DNA from: Fistulifera solaris
Taxonomy: Eukaryota
Length of the DNA stretch: 64,000 nucleotides
Assembly: GCA_030295235.1 (NCBI GenBank)
Contig: AP026130.1
Location: 124,001 to 188,000, forward strand
Direction of reading: 5' to 3'
Shown here: piece by piece, positions 61,639 through 64,000 of the stretch
How the letters are laid out: each line of letters begins with the position of its first letter
Position numbering within the stretch: position 1 is the stretch's first letter
Notes under the pieces: generated by a model
What the model saw: the letters and a program-made list of their open reading frames with translations, nothing else
What the model was told of the DNA's origin: nothing
Databases searched by the model: none
Position numbers and translations under genes: made by a program

Positions 61639-62214
61639 GATGAATGCGTCGATCAATAATAAGAAATAAGAAGGAACCGATTTGCCGAGCTGTCGCTTTG
61701 TTGTACGTTGTTTACAAAGAAAAAGGCCTTAAACAAATAAACTGCTACGATCACCAATTTTATATAAGATTGTTTTCTGTGCGTGTTTGAACGAAAGGCA
61801 AACACCCTTCTTTTCGTGCAGCTGTTGTTGTTCTTTGCGGTGTTGCGGTGTAACTTTTTTCTTTCGTTCGTTGCGGGGATCTTCGGTTTTGGGTGGAAGC
61901 GGTGCAGGATTGCGATACGGTCGCCGCAGGGACGAGACACGGATAACTCGTGTCTGAGTGTCTGCGTTTGCTGGAAAAACACGGAAAAACGTCACAAAAG
62001 CGCGCCACAACGATGATGAGTGACACGTGACACCGCGTAAACAAAAAGGCAAAACTGAGTCACCATTATGACAATATCCAAGAAAACAACAAGAACTACC
62101 GGTGCCTCTAGAGTCTACAAAAGTTGCCATTACTTTATCCTTCCTCTTTTGATCTTTTGAGTTAAAAGCAAAGTCCGCAGACGCAAAGCATAGTCATCCA
62201 AGTCGATACACAAG

Positions 62215-64000
62215 ATGAGAATAAGTCTGTTTTCTTCCACGGCATGTCTCTGCGTCGTATCTTGGATACTTCCTTCGGTCGCCTTTCATGTCGCCCCTTC
62301 GAACCGGAACAACATTGCCGTACAAACATTGAGTGGAAGCCCAGTCGCTAGTACAGTTTTGAAGATGGGCATGTTTGAAGATTTCGTGTCGGGTCAAGAC
62401 AAAAATGTCCGTCAGCAGGAAAATGCGGCGTATTTACAACAACTCCAAACCCGCGTCGAACGAATCAATGCCCTGGAGTCGTCGGTGGAAGAATTGGGAG
62501 ATGATGAATTGATGGCCAAGACGCAAGAATTTAGACAACGCTTATCGCAAGGAGAAGATATTAATGGAAAATTATTGGAAGAAGCGTTTGCGGTGGTCCG
62601 AGAAGCGTCCTGGTGAGTAGACTCACTCGTTCTTTTGATGGGCGATGACTCTTTTTCCCTTTTTCTCATTCATACCCGTGTTTCTTAGGCGCGTCTTGGA
62701 ACTCCGTCATTACGATGTGCAATTGTTGGGTGGTTTGATCTTGCACGATGGTCGTTTGGCGGAAATGGCCACCGGTGAAGGAAAAACCTTGGTGTCCACG
62801 TTACCCGCGTACGTCAATGCCTTGACGGGGCAAACCTCTTTCGTGATTACCGTCAATGACTATTTGGCACGACGAGATATGGAGAAAATGGGACAAATTC
62901 ATCGTTTTTTGGGATTGACGGTCGGGTTGGTCCAAGCCAACATGAACGAACAACAGCGCAAACAGGCGTATGCGTGTGATATTGTGTATGTTACCAATAG
63001 TGAATTGGGATTTGATTATTTGCGAGATCATTTGGCGTTGTCGCCAGAGCAGACGGTGTTACCGGGAGGTGCCGGCGAATTTAGTGGGTTTTGTGTTGTG
63101 GATGAAGCGGATTCGGTTTTGATTGATGAAGCACGGACACCGTTGATTGTCAGTAAACAAGTGGCGGCACCGGCAAACAAGTATGCTGCCGCGAATGCTA
63201 TTGCGGGGGCTTTGAAGGCGGGTCTGCATTATACGGTTGATCTCAAAAACAAGAATTGTGTCCTCACCGAAGTAGGTTTCAAAGAATCCGAAGCGGCGCT
63301 GGGAGTAGATTCACTCTTTTCTATTCAAGCCGATGGGTCTGCTTGGGCTCCTTATATCACGAATGCGGTCAAGGCAAAGGAGCTATTTAACAAAGACGTC
63401 GAATACACTATTTTAAAGGATGGTAGTGGAAAGGATATTGGTGTTGGCATTATCGACTCTTTTACTGGTCGCGTTTTGGATGGACGTCGTTGGTCGGATG
63501 GGTTACATCAGAGCATCGAAGCGAAAGAAGGTATCGAAGTCAGTCAACAAAGTAAAGTCATTGCGAAAGTCACCTATCAAGCGCTGTTCCGACAATTTTC
63601 GCGTTTGTCAGGCATGACGGGTACCGCCATGTCGGATGCGCAAGAATTTGAGCAAACGTACGGTTTGAAAGTAGTCCCCGTTCCTACCGCTTTGCCAATC
63701 GCACGTCGCGACTATCCGGATGTTAGTTTTAAAACCCGTGCGGCTGCCAATCGTGCATTGGTAAAGGAAGTTGTGAACGTGGGCGGTGGTCAACCCGGTG
63801 GACGCCCCTGTTTGATCGGAACGACATCGGTGGCTCAGAGTGAAGAACTGATCAAAGCTTTGGAAGAGGAAGGAATTGAGGCCGAGCTGCTGAACGCCTC
63901 ACCCCAGAATGCTCCACGTGAATCCGAAATTATCGCGCAAGCGGGACGTGCGGGTGTCGTCACGGTGGCCACGAACATGGCAGGTCGAGGTACAGACATT
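62215..64000 (+). CDS. secA: Nucleus-encoded plastid preprotein translocase SecA (partial, runs off the window); intron 62613..62688
   Basis: Presequence PSVA-F; EAFAVVREASW|RVLELRHYDVQLLGG, EMATGEGKTL, TVNDYLARRD, VDEADSVLIDEARTPLI, GRRWSDGLHQ, GMTGTA, VATNMAGRGTDI. Confidence 0.97.

Noticed and set aside
62215..64000. Bacterial contamination or recent HGT suggested by secA and pgsA
   Set aside because: Both have bipartite plastid presequences and secA has a spliceosomal intron. They are ordinary nucleus-encoded plastid genes.

Overview
Gene-dense eukaryotic nuclear DNA from a diatom, probably a pennate. The evidence is an Lhcf/FCP gene, bipartite plastid presequences, a SELMA-type derlin, DUF6824- and HA-repeat proteins, tandem diatom-type cyclins and short 60-110 nt GT-AG introns. 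About 31 protein genes can be reconstructed. They include a tandem pair of membrane-anchored cyclophilin-like genes, NEMF/Rqc2, an EXS protein, two cyclins, a PP2C, a REX1-like exonuclease, an IQ-repeat protein, a sulfatase, sDer1, Lhcf, FIG4, PGP synthase, NOP10 (absent from the ORF track), SmD3, LAMTOR3, a GOLD protein, a flavin reductase-like protein, a zinc-finger/SET protein, mL40, eIF6 and plastid SecA (truncated by the window end). Many genes are split by 1-nt indels in homopolymers, most likely long-read assembly errors. Main non-coding signals: a 242-bp x ~3.75 tandem array; a dispersed intergenic palindromic motif family (TCRTGACT-N7..12-AGTCRYGA) in about 11 copies; and a GACACGTG G-box in sense orientation 110-210 bp upstream of four plastid- or periplastid-destined genes. 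All family calls come from motif recognition by eye; no database searches were run. No tRNA, rRNA, CRISPR array or intact transposase was recognised.
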